Assembly: GCA_963663275.1 (NCBI GenBank) | Contig: OY760183.1 | Span: forward strand, 2,400,001 to 2,464,000 | DNA: 64,000 nucleotides | Direction: 5' to 3' | Source of the DNA: Chloroflexota bacterium | GTDB taxonomy: Bacteria > Chloroflexota > UBA11872 > VXOZ01 | In this document: one piece after another, positions 28,492 to 39,228 of the stretch | How the letters are laid out: each line of letters opens with the position of its first letter | Position numbering within the stretch: position 1 is the first letter of the stretch | The notes under the pieces: generated by a model | Told to the model about the DNA's origin: nothing | Database searches by the model: none | Seen by the model: only the letters and a program-made list of their open reading frames with translations | Position numbers and translations under genes: made by a program

Positions 28492-28719
28492 GTTCGCCTC
28501 CTGTTTCTGCCTGCGCTACTGTCGCCCCCACTCAAGTTTAGAGGCCTGCGCTGCCGTCGTCCCCCTTCAAGTTTGAAAACCTCGGCAACCGCCGCCTGTC
28601 TCCATCAATGGAAAAGTGTCGGCCGCGCAATCGAGCAACCTCTTATATTTACATAAGCTAGCCATGCGGCGCGCTGGGTTGATTGTCGGCTGAGAAGAGT
28701 AGCCTGTGGCGGGCGTCTC

Positions 28720-29682
28720 CTACATCCCCAGTTCAGCCACGATCTGCCGCACGTAGGCCACGTCCTCTTCGAGTTGCGCCAGCAACTCAGGGTTGGATAG
28801 TTCCCGCCAACTCCATGCGCCCTGGTATTCAGTGTGGAACGACGCGCAGCGGTTGGCGTCTGCCCCGACGCCGTAGCCGATTTGCTTCAGGTACTCGAAC
28901 GCCTCGCGGTACGGCGTGATGCCTTCCTTTAAAGGTACGAACTTGCTCTCCCAGGAAACCACACCGGCGGTCGATTCAGAGCGCGCGCCGTCCTGTCCCG
29001 GTCGCACGTGGGAACGGCGGCCGCCGTCGTCCTGCGCGGTATAGGGGAAGAGACCCACATTCTTGAGCGAGAGCATGATGAGGCGCTCGGCAATGAGGTC
29101 CAGGCTCTGCACCCAGCCGCCGTACGCGCCTTCCAAGCCCATGTGGCCGAGATCGGCGTAGACGCCCAGCGCGGCCGGTTCGAAGTCGGCCACCAGGCGC
29201 TCCACCTGCATCGCCTCGGCGGACAAGCAGTAGCCGGCGTGAACGTGCACGCCGGCCTGGATGCCGTATTCCAGACACAGCCGCTCGATGCTTTCCAGGT
29301 CGCGGCGCATCTCGTCCAGTTGCCGCCGCAGGTGGCCGAAGCCCTGGTAGTGATGGTAGCCGAGTTTGAACTGCCGAATGCCGCATTCACTGGCAACGGC
29401 GATGACCTCGCGGGCGTGCGGAGAGGCGGCGCTGGTAATGTCCGTGGTGATCCAGCCGATTTCAAGTCCATGCGCGCGGCAAACCTCTACCGCGCGGGGG
29501 AGGTCCGCGCGCACCCGGTCCGGCGTCACGTGGCCGGCCGTGCCCGCCGCCGCTTCCGGCAGGGCATGACCGGCGCCGCGCACGGCAAGCTCGAAGCCGT
29601 CCAGGCCCAGTCCGGCAATCGTCGCCGCCATTTCCTCCAGTGAAAGGTGTTCGAATCGCTTTGAAAAAACTATGAATCTCAT
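28720..29682 (-). CDS. Sugar phosphate isomerase/epimerase (TIM barrel)
   Basis: MRFIVFSK, GLDGFELAVR, VHVHAG, DLGH, LKN, FHTEY. Confidence 0.8.
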   Translation of the reverse strand: MRFIVFSKRFEHLSLEEMAATIAGLGLDGFELAVRGAGHALPEAAAGTAGHVTPDRVRADLPRAVEVCRAHGLEIGWITTDITSAASPHAREVIAVASECGIRQFKLGYHHYQGFGHLRRQLDEMRRDLESIERLCLEYGIQAGVHVHAGYCLSAEAMQVERLVADFEPAALGVYADLGHMGLEGAYGGWVQSLDLIAERLIMLSLKNVGLFPYTAQDDGGRRSHVRPGQDGARSESTAGVVSWESKFVPLKEGITPYREAFEYLKQIGYGVGADANRCASFHTEYQGAWSWRELSNPELLAQLEEDVAYVRQIVAELGM

Positions 29683-29929
29683 GCCCACGTCCCATCGGTT
29701 CAAGTGTGCCGCCAGCCGCGCGCAGCGTCTCCGCCTCGTGCACTCGCTACTACTGCGGCCGGCGCGCCGGTTCATGTGCCGCTCGAAGGATACATGAGTG
29801 ACTATACGCTACTGACATGTCATTACACAAAGTGACCACCGGCTCGTGCGTCAGACACTGCGATTTGAAGGATGTGGCATCTACTCCTGTCGAAAAGTAC
29901 ATAGCGTCTACATTGTCCCGCGACGCCGG

Positions 29930-30027
29930 CAGCGCAGGTTTGCAACCCGCTCGATTAGCGTAGCTTTGCAACACCCTGCGGTAGCGCAGGTTTGTAACCT
30001 GCGGGCAGCGTAGGTTTGCTACCTGCG
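29930..30027. repeat. Cluster of GTAG-REP family B copies
   Basis: GTAGCGCAGGTTTGTAACCTGCG plus three degenerate copies. Confidence 0.75.
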
Positions 30028-30198
30028 CCGCTCGTTTCGACGCGATTGTCTGAGGCAGCGCAACCGGAGCGCGGCACTGCCCGAACTTTTGGCTTGCTGT
30101 GCTACGTGGCAGATGGCCGCCAGTGCCCGGCCTATTGCCCCCGCGCGGCGCAGGGGAGTATTATTGGCAAAAGCAAGAAGACTCTCAAAGGAGCGCCT

Positions 30199-31815
30199 GT
30201 GGCACTTTCTACAAATCGCACGCGCGCCTTGGTTCTCACGTTGCTCTCCGTCGTGGGGGTCGTCCTCGTCTTGGGGTTTGCCGGCGCGCTCGTGGACCGG
30301 CTGCGCGGCGTGCCTGACTACGCGGCGCCGGTGCTGGAGATGAGCGAAGACGGTGAGCCGACGGTAAGCGTGCTGCCGGGGCGCGCCCAGTTGGGCGGGA
30401 CGGTCTTCATTACCGGCGCCCACTGGCCGGAGGGCGCGCTGATACGGCTTCAATTGACCTATCCGGATGGAGAATCGGCGGTTACCGTCGGCCACATCTG
30501 GGCGGACGCCTACGGCACGTTTCGGGTGCCGTTCGTGCTGCCGGAAGACCTGCCGCTGCTCGGGGAAAACGACCTGTTCGTGGAAGCCCGGGGCGAAACC
30601 CCCCGCGGCCGCGAGCACCTGCACACGCGCCTGCTGCAAGTGACCCGCACGGGCTGGCCACTGGTAGTGAGAGCCAGCGTGGGTGACGGCGAGCCGGTGG
30701 CCGGGGCGCACGTGACCCTGTACGACGCCATTGGCCAGTTGCTGGCCGAAGCGTTCACGCGGGAGGACGGCACGGCCACCATCGCGGACGTGCCGCTGGG
30801 CGCGTACACGATTGGCGTGCGCAAGCTGGACCACGCCTTGGCCCGCGCGGAAGTAACGGTATCCCGCCGGGAAACTGAAGTGCCGGTGTCGCTGGAGCCG
30901 CGCCCCGGCGGCCGGCTGTTCGTCGGCGGCCGGGACGACTCACTCACGCTGATCGACACCGCCAGCAATCTGCCGATCACACGCTACGAGGAAGTCCCGC
31001 CCACGTTCAATCTCGTTCCCAGCCTGGATGGACGCTACCTCTATAGCGGCCGCTACGGCAGCGCGATCGTCCGCTTCGACGCCGCCACGGGCGCGGTAGA
31101 CGAGACGTTCACCATCGAGAGCGGCTACGGCCAGCCCACAATCCTCTCGCTGCGTCCTTTCAACGAAACGACGATGTTCGGGCTCATCAGGTTCCAGGGC
31201 GACAATGACGAGCGGGTCTTTCGCATCGTGGCGATCGACATGGAGTCCTTGCAAGTCACCAAGAGCGTGACGGAGATTCCGTCGTACGGGCAGCTCATCC
31301 TCACTCCCGACGCCAGCCGCCTCATACACGTCGGCCACCAGAGCAAGACCATTACGGTGCTGAGCACGAATCCGCTGGCGGTCGTGCGCACCATTGACGT
31401 CCGGGAGAATCCGGGCCGCAGCGTAATGGCCCGGGACGGGACGCGCCTGTTCACCACGCTCATCGAATCCGGCACGCTTGCCATCGTCAACATCCGCGAC
31501 GGCACGGTGGAGCCGGGGGCAACCACCAGCGCCGGGTCAATTGCCGTGGCGCTGCACCCGCATGAAGAGCGGCTCTACGTGCTCAACGAGTCGCTCGGCT
31601 ACTGCCAGGTGCTTGACCCGACGACGCTGGCGGTGGACGACACCATCCCGGTGGGGCAGCGGCCGCGGGGTATGGCGCTCTCGAGCGAGGGACGGTACCT
31701 CTACATCGCCGACGGCAGCCTGCCGGTGATCCACGTGATCGACACGACGACAAATCAGCAGGTCGATACGATCACGCTGTCGAGCAGAGCGCGCACGCTG
31801 GAAGTGCCCAGCTAG
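30199..31815 (+). CDS. Membrane-anchored surface protein: Ig-like + carboxypeptidase-regulatory-like domain + YVTN beta-propeller
   Basis: N-terminal TM; GEPVAGAHVTL..T..DG..VPLGAYTI; TIPVGQRPRGMALSSEGRYLYI, VIDTTTNQQVDTI; GTG 30199 after AAGGAG. Confidence 0.75.
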   Translation: MALSTNRTRALVLTLLSVVGVVLVLGFAGALVDRLRGVPDYAAPVLEMSEDGEPTVSVLPGRAQLGGTVFITGAHWPEGALIRLQLTYPDGESAVTVGHIWADAYGTFRVPFVLPEDLPLLGENDLFVEARGETPRGREHLHTRLLQVTRTGWPLVVRASVGDGEPVAGAHVTLYDAIGQLLAEAFTREDGTATIADVPLGAYTIGVRKLDHALARAEVTVSRRETEVPVSLEPRPGGRLFVGGRDDSLTLIDTASNLPITRYEEVPPTFNLVPSLDGRYLYSGRYGSAIVRFDAATGAVDETFTIESGYGQPTILSLRPFNETTMFGLIRFQGDNDERVFRIVAIDMESLQVTKSVTEIPSYGQLILTPDASRLIHVGHQSKTITVLSTNPLAVVRTIDVRENPGRSVMARDGTRLFTTLIESGTLAIVNIRDGTVEPGATTSAGSIAVALHPHEERLYVLNESLGYCQVLDPTTLAVDDTIPVGQRPRGMALSSEGRYLYIADGSLPVIHVIDTTTNQQVDTITLSSRARTLEVPS

Positions 31816-32015
31816 GCTGCATTGCTTCCGCGCTCCCCTGTACCGGGGAGTCCGATTGGGCGCGCTGCCGGTCGCTCCCCGCCACTTTCTTCGATAATCC
31901 CGTCCCAAACCCTTGCGCGCTCCGGCCGGTCGTGCTATAGTAGACGAGCAAGACCTCATTTTTCGTCTTTCCCTTTCGTTCTCGCACTCGTTCTTCTCCC
32001 TTTGCCGAATGGCGT

Positions 32016-33605
32016 ATGCAGTCTATTCGCGTCTCGATTCTCTCGATCCTCTTCGTTTTCCTTGTCGCCACCGTAGGGCTACCGGCCGGCTTCGTGCAGG
32101 CGCGGGGGCCGCTCGCTGGTAAAGTCATCGTCATCGATCCCGGCCATGGCGGGGAAGATCCCGGCGCCGTGGTGAATGGCTTCAGGGAAAAAGACGTCAA
32201 CCTGGCCGTTGCCCTCAAGCTCAAGGCACTCCTGGAAACAGCGAACGCGGCAGCCGTGTACACGCGCACAGACGACTCCACACTTGGGAACGGTCAGCAG
32301 AGTCGCCGCGCCGACCTGGAAGCGCGCGTGGAAATTGCAAACCAATCTCAGGGAGACATCTTCATTTCCATTCACGCGGACTCCGTGATGGATGCGTCTC
32401 GTTCCGGCGTGGTGGTCTACTACGGAACGACCAACGGCTACGTCTACCCCGAAACCCGCCCGCCGGAACTCGTCGCCCAGAGCCGGAATCTTGCCGCAAG
32501 CATTAGAGACGGCCTCATGAAAGTAGCGAAAGCGGATAATCGCGGCGTGCGCACGGCGCCCTACTACCTATTGGGCAAGGTAGGCATGCCGGCCGTGATC
32601 GCGGAAATAGGCACCTTGACCAATCACGCCGAAGCCTTCAAGCTGAGCGACCCCTTCTACCAGCAACGCGTGGCGGATTCCCTCTATAGCGGCATCCTGG
32701 CGTATTTCATAAATCCCGACGCGCGATTCGTCGAGGACTTGACGATACCGGACGGCGCCGCGATTCCGGCGGGAAGAAGCTTCACGAAGACCTGGAAGAT
32801 CATGAACACCGGGGGAATGACCTGGAACGGCGACTTTCGATTGGTGTTCAAAGGCAGAAACCGCTTTGACGGTCCGCAGAGCGTGCCCCTGCCGCCCCTG
32901 CGACCCGGCGAAACCGGCGCGGTAAGCGTTGATCTGCGAGCGCCGCAGTCATGCGGCGAGTGCATCGGCGTCTGGACGATGCAGGGTCCAGGCGGAATGC
33001 CCCTGGGGGATGATCTCTGGGTAAGAATTACCGTGCGCGACCGGCTCCCCACCGACCCGGTCCCGCCGAGCAACAATCCCAACGCCCTCTACTTTGCGCA
33101 AACCGGACATAACGTGCAGGGCATATTTCGGACGTTCTTCGAGGCGAACGGCGGCTTAGAGATTTTCGGCTATCCCCGCACGGAAGAAATGCGGGAGGGC
33201 AACCTGACCGTGCAATACTTCCAACGCGCCCGCTTCGAGCATCACCCGCAGTTCACGAATACGATTTACGAGGTGCAACTGGCGCTGCTGGGCAACGAGA
33301 TTCGCAGAGGCGAGCCGCCTGCGCAGACCGTGCCGCCGCTGCCGACAACGGAGTTTCAGGAGTACTTTCCGCAAACCGGACACTCCGTGCACTACGCGTT
33401 TCTCAAGTACTTCCGCGAGAACGGCGGCATCTACATCTTTGGCTATCCCATCACACAAGAGGTGATTGAGAATGGCAAAGTCGTGCAGTACTTCCAACGC
33501 GCCCGTTTCGAGTATCACCCGCAACACGCCGGCACGCGCTACGAGGTGCAACTGGGTCTCCTGGGAGACTTCATCCTGCGCCAGAAGGCGCTGCTCTTCG
33601 ATTGA
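32016..33605 (+). CDS. N-acetylmuramoyl-L-alanine amidase (Amidase_3) + NBR1-like Ig domain + Chloroflexi-type YFPxTGH repeats
   Basis: IDPGHGGEDPGA, EKDVNL, ISIHAD; FTKTWKIMNTG..W; YFAQTGHNV/YFPQTGHSV, FGYP, QYFQRARFE twice. Confidence 0.9.
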   Translation: MQSIRVSILSILFVFLVATVGLPAGFVQARGPLAGKVIVIDPGHGGEDPGAVVNGFREKDVNLAVALKLKALLETANAAAVYTRTDDSTLGNGQQSRRADLEARVEIANQSQGDIFISIHADSVMDASRSGVVVYYGTTNGYVYPETRPPELVAQSRNLAASIRDGLMKVAKADNRGVRTAPYYLLGKVGMPAVIAEIGTLTNHAEAFKLSDPFYQQRVADSLYSGILAYFINPDARFVEDLTIPDGAAIPAGRSFTKTWKIMNTGGMTWNGDFRLVFKGRNRFDGPQSVPLPPLRPGETGAVSVDLRAPQSCGECIGVWTMQGPGGMPLGDDLWVRITVRDRLPTDPVPPSNNPNALYFAQTGHNVQGIFRTFFEANGGLEIFGYPRTEEMREGNLTVQYFQRARFEHHPQFTNTIYEVQLALLGNEIRRGEPPAQTVPPLPTTEFQEYFPQTGHSVHYAFLKYFRENGGIYIFGYPITQEVIENGKVVQYFQRARFEYHPQHAGTRYEVQLGLLGDFILRQKALLFD

Positions 33606-33688
33606 GGTTCTCTGACGTGTTCTCCTAAACCCTGAATGTTCGTGTGCGCCTTGCGCGCATGCGCATCCTTCCCTCCTCCTTTTTCCTG

Positions 33689-33724
33689 ATGACAAGCCGC
33701 TCGTACGCCCGGGCGGCTTGTCAT
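33689..33724 (+). terminator. Hairpin downstream of amidase
   Basis: ATGACAAGCCGC-loop-GCGGCTTGTCAT perfect 12-bp stem. Confidence 0.55.
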
Positions 33725-33879
33725 ATTAAGCGCCGGCCGCTTCACGTGCGCCGCGCACGCCGGCCTGAGCGCCAGCGGACTTGGCGACCCGGCACGAATA
33801 ATCAATGCGGGCTTCCGGGCTTGCCCGCGCGCCAAACTGCTTGCGATTAACGGGCATTTCATCCAGAGAAACCGCTTTC

Positions 33880-33908
33880 TTGTGTTATCTTCCACACCTG
33901 TGTATAAT
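33880..33908 (+). promoter_or_regulatory. Sigma70-type promoter of the lon-dnaK operon
   Basis: TTGTGT-N17-TATAAT in an AT-rich patch. Confidence 0.65.
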
Positions 33909-33934
33909 GAGACTATCTTTGGCGTGATAGTATA

Positions 33935-33955
33935 GTTGATATGGAGACACTCAAC
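33935..33955. promoter_or_regulatory. HAIR-like HspR operator
   Basis: GTTGATA-N7-ACTCAAC vs CTTGAGT-N7-ACTCAAG; downstream of the promoter, hspR in same operon. Confidence 0.7.
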
Positions 33956-34011
33956 TTCTTTGCTGGAGATAGTAGCCTTCCTCCATAGAGAAATTACGAG
34001 GACACACTCGT

Positions 34012-36507
34012 ATGGCTGAGCAGCCCGACCAAAACCGAGACGCGGAAGAACTGCCGGACGATCACGAGCAACGATTGCGGCTGCCGGTGGTCGTCCTCAC
34101 GGATTCTGTCGTCTTTCCGTACATGACGGTGCCCCTGCGCCTGGAAGACGACGCCGCGTACAAGGCGGTAGCGGCCGCGCGGGAGCAGGACAACAAGGTC
34201 TTGCTGCTCACGCCGGACAAGGAGTTTAAGCTGCACGTGCCCAAGCGCGAACATGCCGGCGCCGTCGGCACCATTGCCGGCGTCGGCCAACTCATCCGCC
34301 TGCCCGACGGGAAACACCAGGCGCTGTTCCAAGGCCAAAAACGGGGCCGTCTCATCAAGATTTGGAAGAAGAAGCACCTGGTGGCCGAGGTAGAGGCTGT
34401 AGACGAAGTAGCCGAGACCAGCCTGGAAACCGAGGCGCTGGTGCGGAGCGTCATCAACCAGATAGAAACCTACGTCGAAAAAGAACCCCAGGTGCCCCGC
34501 GACGCCGTTGCCGTCGCCCGGGGCATGGACGACCCCGGGCGGCTCGCCGACCTCTTCGGCTATGCGCCGGAACTCACCCTGAAAGAGCGCCGCAGGCTGT
34601 TGAGCATACTCGATCCGGTAGAGCGGCTGCGGCGCGTCTACCGCATCATGGCGCGCCAATTGCAGATTTCCGAGGTCAAGGCGCGCATCCAGGGCGAAAT
34701 CCAGCAGGGCATGGAAAAGGCCCAGCGCGAATACTATCTGCGCGAGCAACTGAAGGCGATTCACCGGGAACTGGGCGAGGCCAACCCGCAACTGGCTGAG
34801 ATCGAGGAGATCAAGAAGGCAATCGAAGCCTCGGACATGCCGGACGAGGTGAAAGAGAAGGCGCGCCACGAGGCCGGGCGGCTGGGCAACATGCCGTCGG
34901 CATCACCGGAAGTCGGCATTGTGCGCACCTACCTGGAGTGGCTGCTCGCCTTGCCCTGGGCCGGCGACGCCCCGCAGGAAGTAGACATAAAAGTAGTCAA
35001 GTCCGTGCTGGATGCGGATCACTACGGACTGGACAAGGTAAAGGACCGCATCCTCGAATACCTGGCGGTGCGCAGCCTGGCCAAGCACGCGCGCACGCCC
35101 ATTCTCTGCTTGATTGGCCCGCCGGGTGTCGGCAAGACCTCTCTGGGCCGCTCGATCGCCCGCGCCCTGGACCGCAAGTTCGTCCGCATCAGCCTGGGCG
35201 GCGTGCGGGACGAGGGCGAAATTCGCGGCCATCGCCGCACGTACATCGGGGCGCTCCCAGGCAGGATCATCCAGGGCATGCGCCAGGGCGGCGTCATCAA
35301 TCCGGTCTTCGTGCTGGACGAAATCGACAAGCTGGGCTACGACTTTCGCGGTGATCCGTCCAGCGCCATGCTGGAGGTGCTCGACCCGGAACAGAACTTC
35401 AGCTTCTCCGATCACTATCTCGAAGCGCCGTACGACCTCTCGCAGGTACTCTTCATCGCCACCGGCAACCTGGTGGAGACTATTCCGCCGGCGCTGCTCG
35501 ACCGCATGGAAATAATCAACATCTCCGGCTATACGGAGGAAGAGAAACTCCATATTGCGCGGGGCTATCTGGTGCCCCGGCAGTTGCAGCAGCATGGACT
35601 GCGTCGCTCGCAGTGCACGATTACGGATAAGGGTCTGCGCAAGATAATTCGCGGCTACACGGCCGAAGCGGGCGTGCGCAACCTGGAACGCCAGATTGCC
35701 ACGATTAACCGCAAAGTCGCGCGCATGATCGCGGCCGGCGAGCAGAAGTCGGTGCGCGTCGGCCCGCGCCGCGCGCAGGACCTCCTGGGGCCGGAAAAAC
35801 TGAATACCAAACTCGATAAGCGTAAAGACGAAGTTGGCGTCGTAACCGGCCTGGCCTGGACCGCGGCCGGCGGCGAAGTCAGCACCGTGGAAGCCGCGCT
35901 CATGAAAGGCAAGGGCAACCTCATTCTGACCGGCCAGCTTGGCGAAGTGATGCAGGAGTCCGCCATGACCGCGCTCTCCTTCGCCCGGGCCAAAGCGCGC
36001 TCGCTGGACATTGCGGCGGACGTGGTTTCGGGTAACGATCTCCACGTCCACGTGCCGGCCGGCGCCGTGCCCAAGGAAGGGCCTTCCGCCGGCGTGGCCT
36101 TGGCAACGTCGATCATTTCCATCCTCACACAACGGCCGGTAAGCAAGGACGTGGCCATGACCGGGGAGGTCACCTTGCGCGGCCGCGTCCTGCCGGTGAG
36201 CGGGCTCAAGGAAAAGCTGCTGGCGGCCCACCGCGCCGGCGTGCGCTCGGTAGTGTTGCCCAGCAAGAACAGGCATAGCCTGGAAGACGTGCCGAAAGAG
36301 GCGCTGGAGGAGTTGCGCATCATCTGGGCCGATACGATGGACGACGTGCTCGACGCCGCCCTCCTGCGAGGCGCCAGCAATACAGGCAAGGCGAAACGCC
36401 CCAAGAGAAAGCGGCGAGTTCCCGCGAAAGAGCGTATTCCCACCCCAACACCGGACAATCTACCGGTGGGTACACCCATTGGGCCAACCATAGCTGAGGA
36501 GGCATAG
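34012..36507 (+). CDS. lon: ATP-dependent protease La
   Basis: QREYYLREQ, GPPGVGKTS, IRGHRRTYIGA, PKEGPSAG, GLKEK. Confidence 0.97.
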   Translation: MAEQPDQNRDAEELPDDHEQRLRLPVVVLTDSVVFPYMTVPLRLEDDAAYKAVAAAREQDNKVLLLTPDKEFKLHVPKREHAGAVGTIAGVGQLIRLPDGKHQALFQGQKRGRLIKIWKKKHLVAEVEAVDEVAETSLETEALVRSVINQIETYVEKEPQVPRDAVAVARGMDDPGRLADLFGYAPELTLKERRRLLSILDPVERLRRVYRIMARQLQISEVKARIQGEIQQGMEKAQREYYLREQLKAIHRELGEANPQLAEIEEIKKAIEASDMPDEVKEKARHEAGRLGNMPSASPEVGIVRTYLEWLLALPWAGDAPQEVDIKVVKSVLDADHYGLDKVKDRILEYLAVRSLAKHARTPILCLIGPPGVGKTSLGRSIARALDRKFVRISLGGVRDEGEIRGHRRTYIGALPGRIIQGMRQGGVINPVFVLDEIDKLGYDFRGDPSSAMLEVLDPEQNFSFSDHYLEAPYDLSQVLFIATGNLVETIPPALLDRMEIINISGYTEEEKLHIARGYLVPRQLQQHGLRRSQCTITDKGLRKIIRGYTAEAGVRNLERQIATINRKVARMIAAGEQKSVRVGPRRAQDLLGPEKLNTKLDKRKDEVGVVTGLAWTAAGGEVSTVEAALMKGKGNLILTGQLGEVMQESAMTALSFARAKARSLDIAADVVSGNDLHVHVPAGAVPKEGPSAGVALATSIISILTQRPVSKDVAMTGEVTLRGRVLPVSGLKEKLLAAHRAGVRSVVLPSKNRHSLEDVPKEALEELRIIWADTMDDVLDAALLRGASNTGKAKRPKRKRRVPAKERIPTPTPDNLPVGTPIGPTIAEEA

Positions 36508-36510
36508 CAC

Positions 36511-38478
36511 ATGGGCAAGATTATTGGCATAGACCTTGGCACCACCAACTCCGTGGTCGCGGTAATGGAAGGCGGCGACCCGGTGGTAATCCCCACCACG
36601 GAGGGCGGCGACCTCTGCCCGTCGGTGGTGGCGTTCACGAAGAGCGAGGAACGCCTGGTGGGCCAGTTGGCGCGGCGGCAGGCCGTGCTGAATCCCGAAA
36701 ACACGGTATCGTCCATCAAGCGCTTCATGGGTCATCGCTACGACGAAGTCCAGAACGAGGGCAATCGCGTCGCCTATTCGATTGCCAAGGGGCCCAAGGG
36801 CGAGGCGCGCGTCGCCGTGCCCGCGCTGGGCAAGGACTTCACGCCGGAGGAAGTCGCGGCGATGATTCTGCAGAAACTCAAGGGCGACGCCGAGAAGTAC
36901 CTGGGTGAGGAAGTGACCCAGGCGGTGATTACCGTGCCGGCGTACTTCAACGACAGCCAACGCCAGGCTACCAAGAACGCCGGCCAGATCGCCGGCCTGG
37001 AGGTGCTGCGCATCATCAACGAGCCTACCGCCGCGTCTCTGGCGTATGGTCTTGAAAAGAAAGCCACGGAGACTATCCTGGTCTGGGACCTGGGCGGCGG
37101 CACGTTCGACGTTTCCATTCTGGAAGTAGGAGACGGCGTGTTCGAGGTAAAGTCTACGGCGGGCGATACCCATCTGGGCGGCGACGACTACGACGACAAG
37201 ATCGTCAGCCACCTGGCCGAGCAGTTCCAGAGTGACGAGGGGATCAATCTGCGCCAGGACCGGCAGGCGTTGCAACGCTTGATCGAAGCCGCGGAGAAAG
37301 CCAAGATCGAGCTTTCCACCATGCTGCAAACGGAGATCAACCTACCCTACATCACCGCCGACCAGAACGGGCCGAAGCATCTCTCCCAAACCCTGACCCG
37401 CGCCCGGTTCGAAGATCTGACCGCGATATTGACCGACCGCACCCAGCGTCCCTTCCAACAGGCCCTGAACGACGCCGGGCTCAGCCCCAACGACATCGAC
37501 GAAGTGGTGCTCGTCGGCGGCGCCACCCGCATGCCGGTGATTCAAGAGTTGGTCACGAAACTCATCGGCAAAGACCCGCACCAGGGCGTCAACCCGGATG
37601 AAGTCGTGGCCGTCGGAGCGGCGATTCAGGCCGGTGTGCTGGGCGGCGAGGTGCAGGACGTGGTGCTGCTCGACGTCACCCCGCTCAGCCTGGGCGTCGA
37701 GACGCTGGGCGGCGTGTTCACGAAGATGATCGAACGCAATACCACCGTGCCGACGCGCAAGAGCGAAATCTTCTCAACCGCGCAAGACGGCCAGAGCGCG
37801 GTGGACATCATGGTCTTCCAGGGCGAACGCCCCATGGCGAAGGACAACATGCTCCTCGGCCAGTTCCGCCTGGAGGGCATTCCGCCGGCGCCGCGCGGCG
37901 TTCCCCAGGTCGACGTCACCTTCGACATCGACGCCAACGGCATCCTGAACGTGACCGCCAAAGACCTGGGCAGCGGCAAGGAGCAGAACGTCACGATCCA
38001 TGCCTCTACCACGCTCAGCAAGGAGCAGGTGGACCAGATGGTCAAGGAGGCCGAAGAGCACGCCGACGACGACCGGGCGCGGGCGGAGGAAGTGGAACTG
38101 CGCAATCGCGCGGACACGCTCCTGTATCAGACGGAACGCTCGCTGAAAGACCTGGGAGACGACGTGCCCGCGGAAGACCGCGCGGCGGTGGAAGCCGCGT
38201 TGGAGAAACTGCGCGAGGCGCTGAAGGGCGACGACACCGCCAGCATCGAGGCGGCGGAGGAAGAGGTGCAGCAGGCGTCGATGAAGATTGGCGAGGCCAT
38301 GTACGCCCGCGCCGGCGCGGCCCAGGGCGAGGACGGCGATCCGGTCGGCGCTGCCGCCAATCCCCAAGGCAGCGCCGCGGACGGCGGCGACGACACGGTC
38401 GTCGACGCCGAATTCCGCGCCACTGAAGAGTCCGACGCCCACAGCAAGGAAGAAGCGACGGACGGTGAGAAGCGCTAG
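36511..38478 (+). CDS. dnaK: Chaperone DnaK
   Basis: [34 protein letters not shown]. Confidence 0.98.
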   Translation: MGKIIGIDLGTTNSVVAVMEGGDPVVIPTTEGGDLCPSVVAFTKSEERLVGQLARRQAVLNPENTVSSIKRFMGHRYDEVQNEGNRVAYSIAKGPKGEARVAVPALGKDFTPEEVAAMILQKLKGDAEKYLGEEVTQAVITVPAYFNDSQRQATKNAGQIAGLEVLRIINEPTAASLAYGLEKKATETILVWDLGGGTFDVSILEVGDGVFEVKSTAGDTHLGGDDYDDKIVSHLAEQFQSDEGINLRQDRQALQRLIEAAEKAKIELSTMLQTEINLPYITADQNGPKHLSQTLTRARFEDLTAILTDRTQRPFQQALNDAGLSPNDIDEVVLVGGATRMPVIQELVTKLIGKDPHQGVNPDEVVAVGAAIQAGVLGGEVQDVVLLDVTPLSLGVETLGGVFTKMIERNTTVPTRKSEIFSTAQDGQSAVDIMVFQGERPMAKDNMLLGQFRLEGIPPAPRGVPQVDVTFDIDANGILNVTAKDLGSGKEQNVTIHASTTLSKEQVDQMVKEAEEHADDDRARAEEVELRNRADTLLYQTERSLKDLGDDVPAEDRAAVEAALEKLREALKGDDTASIEAAEEEVQQASMKIGEAMYARAGAAQGEDGDPVGAAANPQGSAADGGDDTVVDAEFRATEESDAHSKEEATDGEKR

Positions 38479-38526
38479 GCGGGGGGCGGCGCGCAGGGCC
38501 GCCTCTCTACGAGAGGATTGTGACTA

Positions 38527-39174
38527 GTGGCACAAGCCAAGAAGACCGCCCAAGCGGGTGGCGCGGAGAGCGAGACCGATGCCGTTGCCTCGACTGAGGA
38601 GCGGGATGGTCAGGTTGCCCAGACTGCCGCGGACGGCGGCGATGAAGACCTCGATCCGTCCGCTCCAGAGGCGTCGCTCGAAGAGCAACTGGCGGCCGCC
38701 GCGCAGGAAGCCGAGATGTACCAAGACCGGTTCTTGCGTGCCCGCGCCGACCTGGAAAACTACCGCAAGCGCTCGGTCCAGTTCATCGCGGAGGGTGTCC
38801 GCGACGCGCAGAAGCAGACGTTCGAAGCGCTTCTGCCCGTCGTCGATAACCTGGAGAGAGCCATCGCCTATCAGGAAGAGCACCATGCGGGCGCGGTGGA
38901 TGGCCTGCTTACCGGCGTGCGCATGACGCTGGTGCAGTTTCACGACGTGTTGGAGCGGCATGAGGTGAAGCGCATCGCTGCGTTGGGAGAGCCGTTCGAT
39001 CCCCGCTACCACGAAGCGGTGGAGGTGCAGCCCGTTGCAGACGGCGGGGCAGCCGACACGGTGACAGGCGAGATTCAGCCCGGTTATCTCTTCGGTGACG
39101 CCGTGCTCCGTCCCGCGCGCGTGCGCGTGGCGCAGGAGCGCCCGTCGCCGGAAGAACCGGCGGACGCGCCCTGA
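38527..39174 (+). CDS. grpE: Nucleotide exchange factor GrpE
   Basis: RARADLENYRKR, LLPVVDNLERA, FDPRYHEA, GY..VLRPARV. Confidence 0.95.
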   Translation: MAQAKKTAQAGGAESETDAVASTEERDGQVAQTAADGGDEDLDPSAPEASLEEQLAAAAQEAEMYQDRFLRARADLENYRKRSVQFIAEGVRDAQKQTFEALLPVVDNLERAIAYQEEHHAGAVDGLLTGVRMTLVQFHDVLERHEVKRIAALGEPFDPRYHEAVEVQPVADGGAADTVTGEIQPGYLFGDAVLRPARVRVAQERPSPEEPADAP

Positions 39175-39228
39175 CCGGCGGCGGTTTCCGCAGCGAGAGT
39201 CCGAAACGTGCGCCGTAGAGTGAGTTAG

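Noticed and set aside
33627-33668. Minus-strand 13-aa ORF MRMRARRTRTFRV after AGGAGG
   Set aside because: Too short, no promoter or homology evidence; the purine run may be chance.
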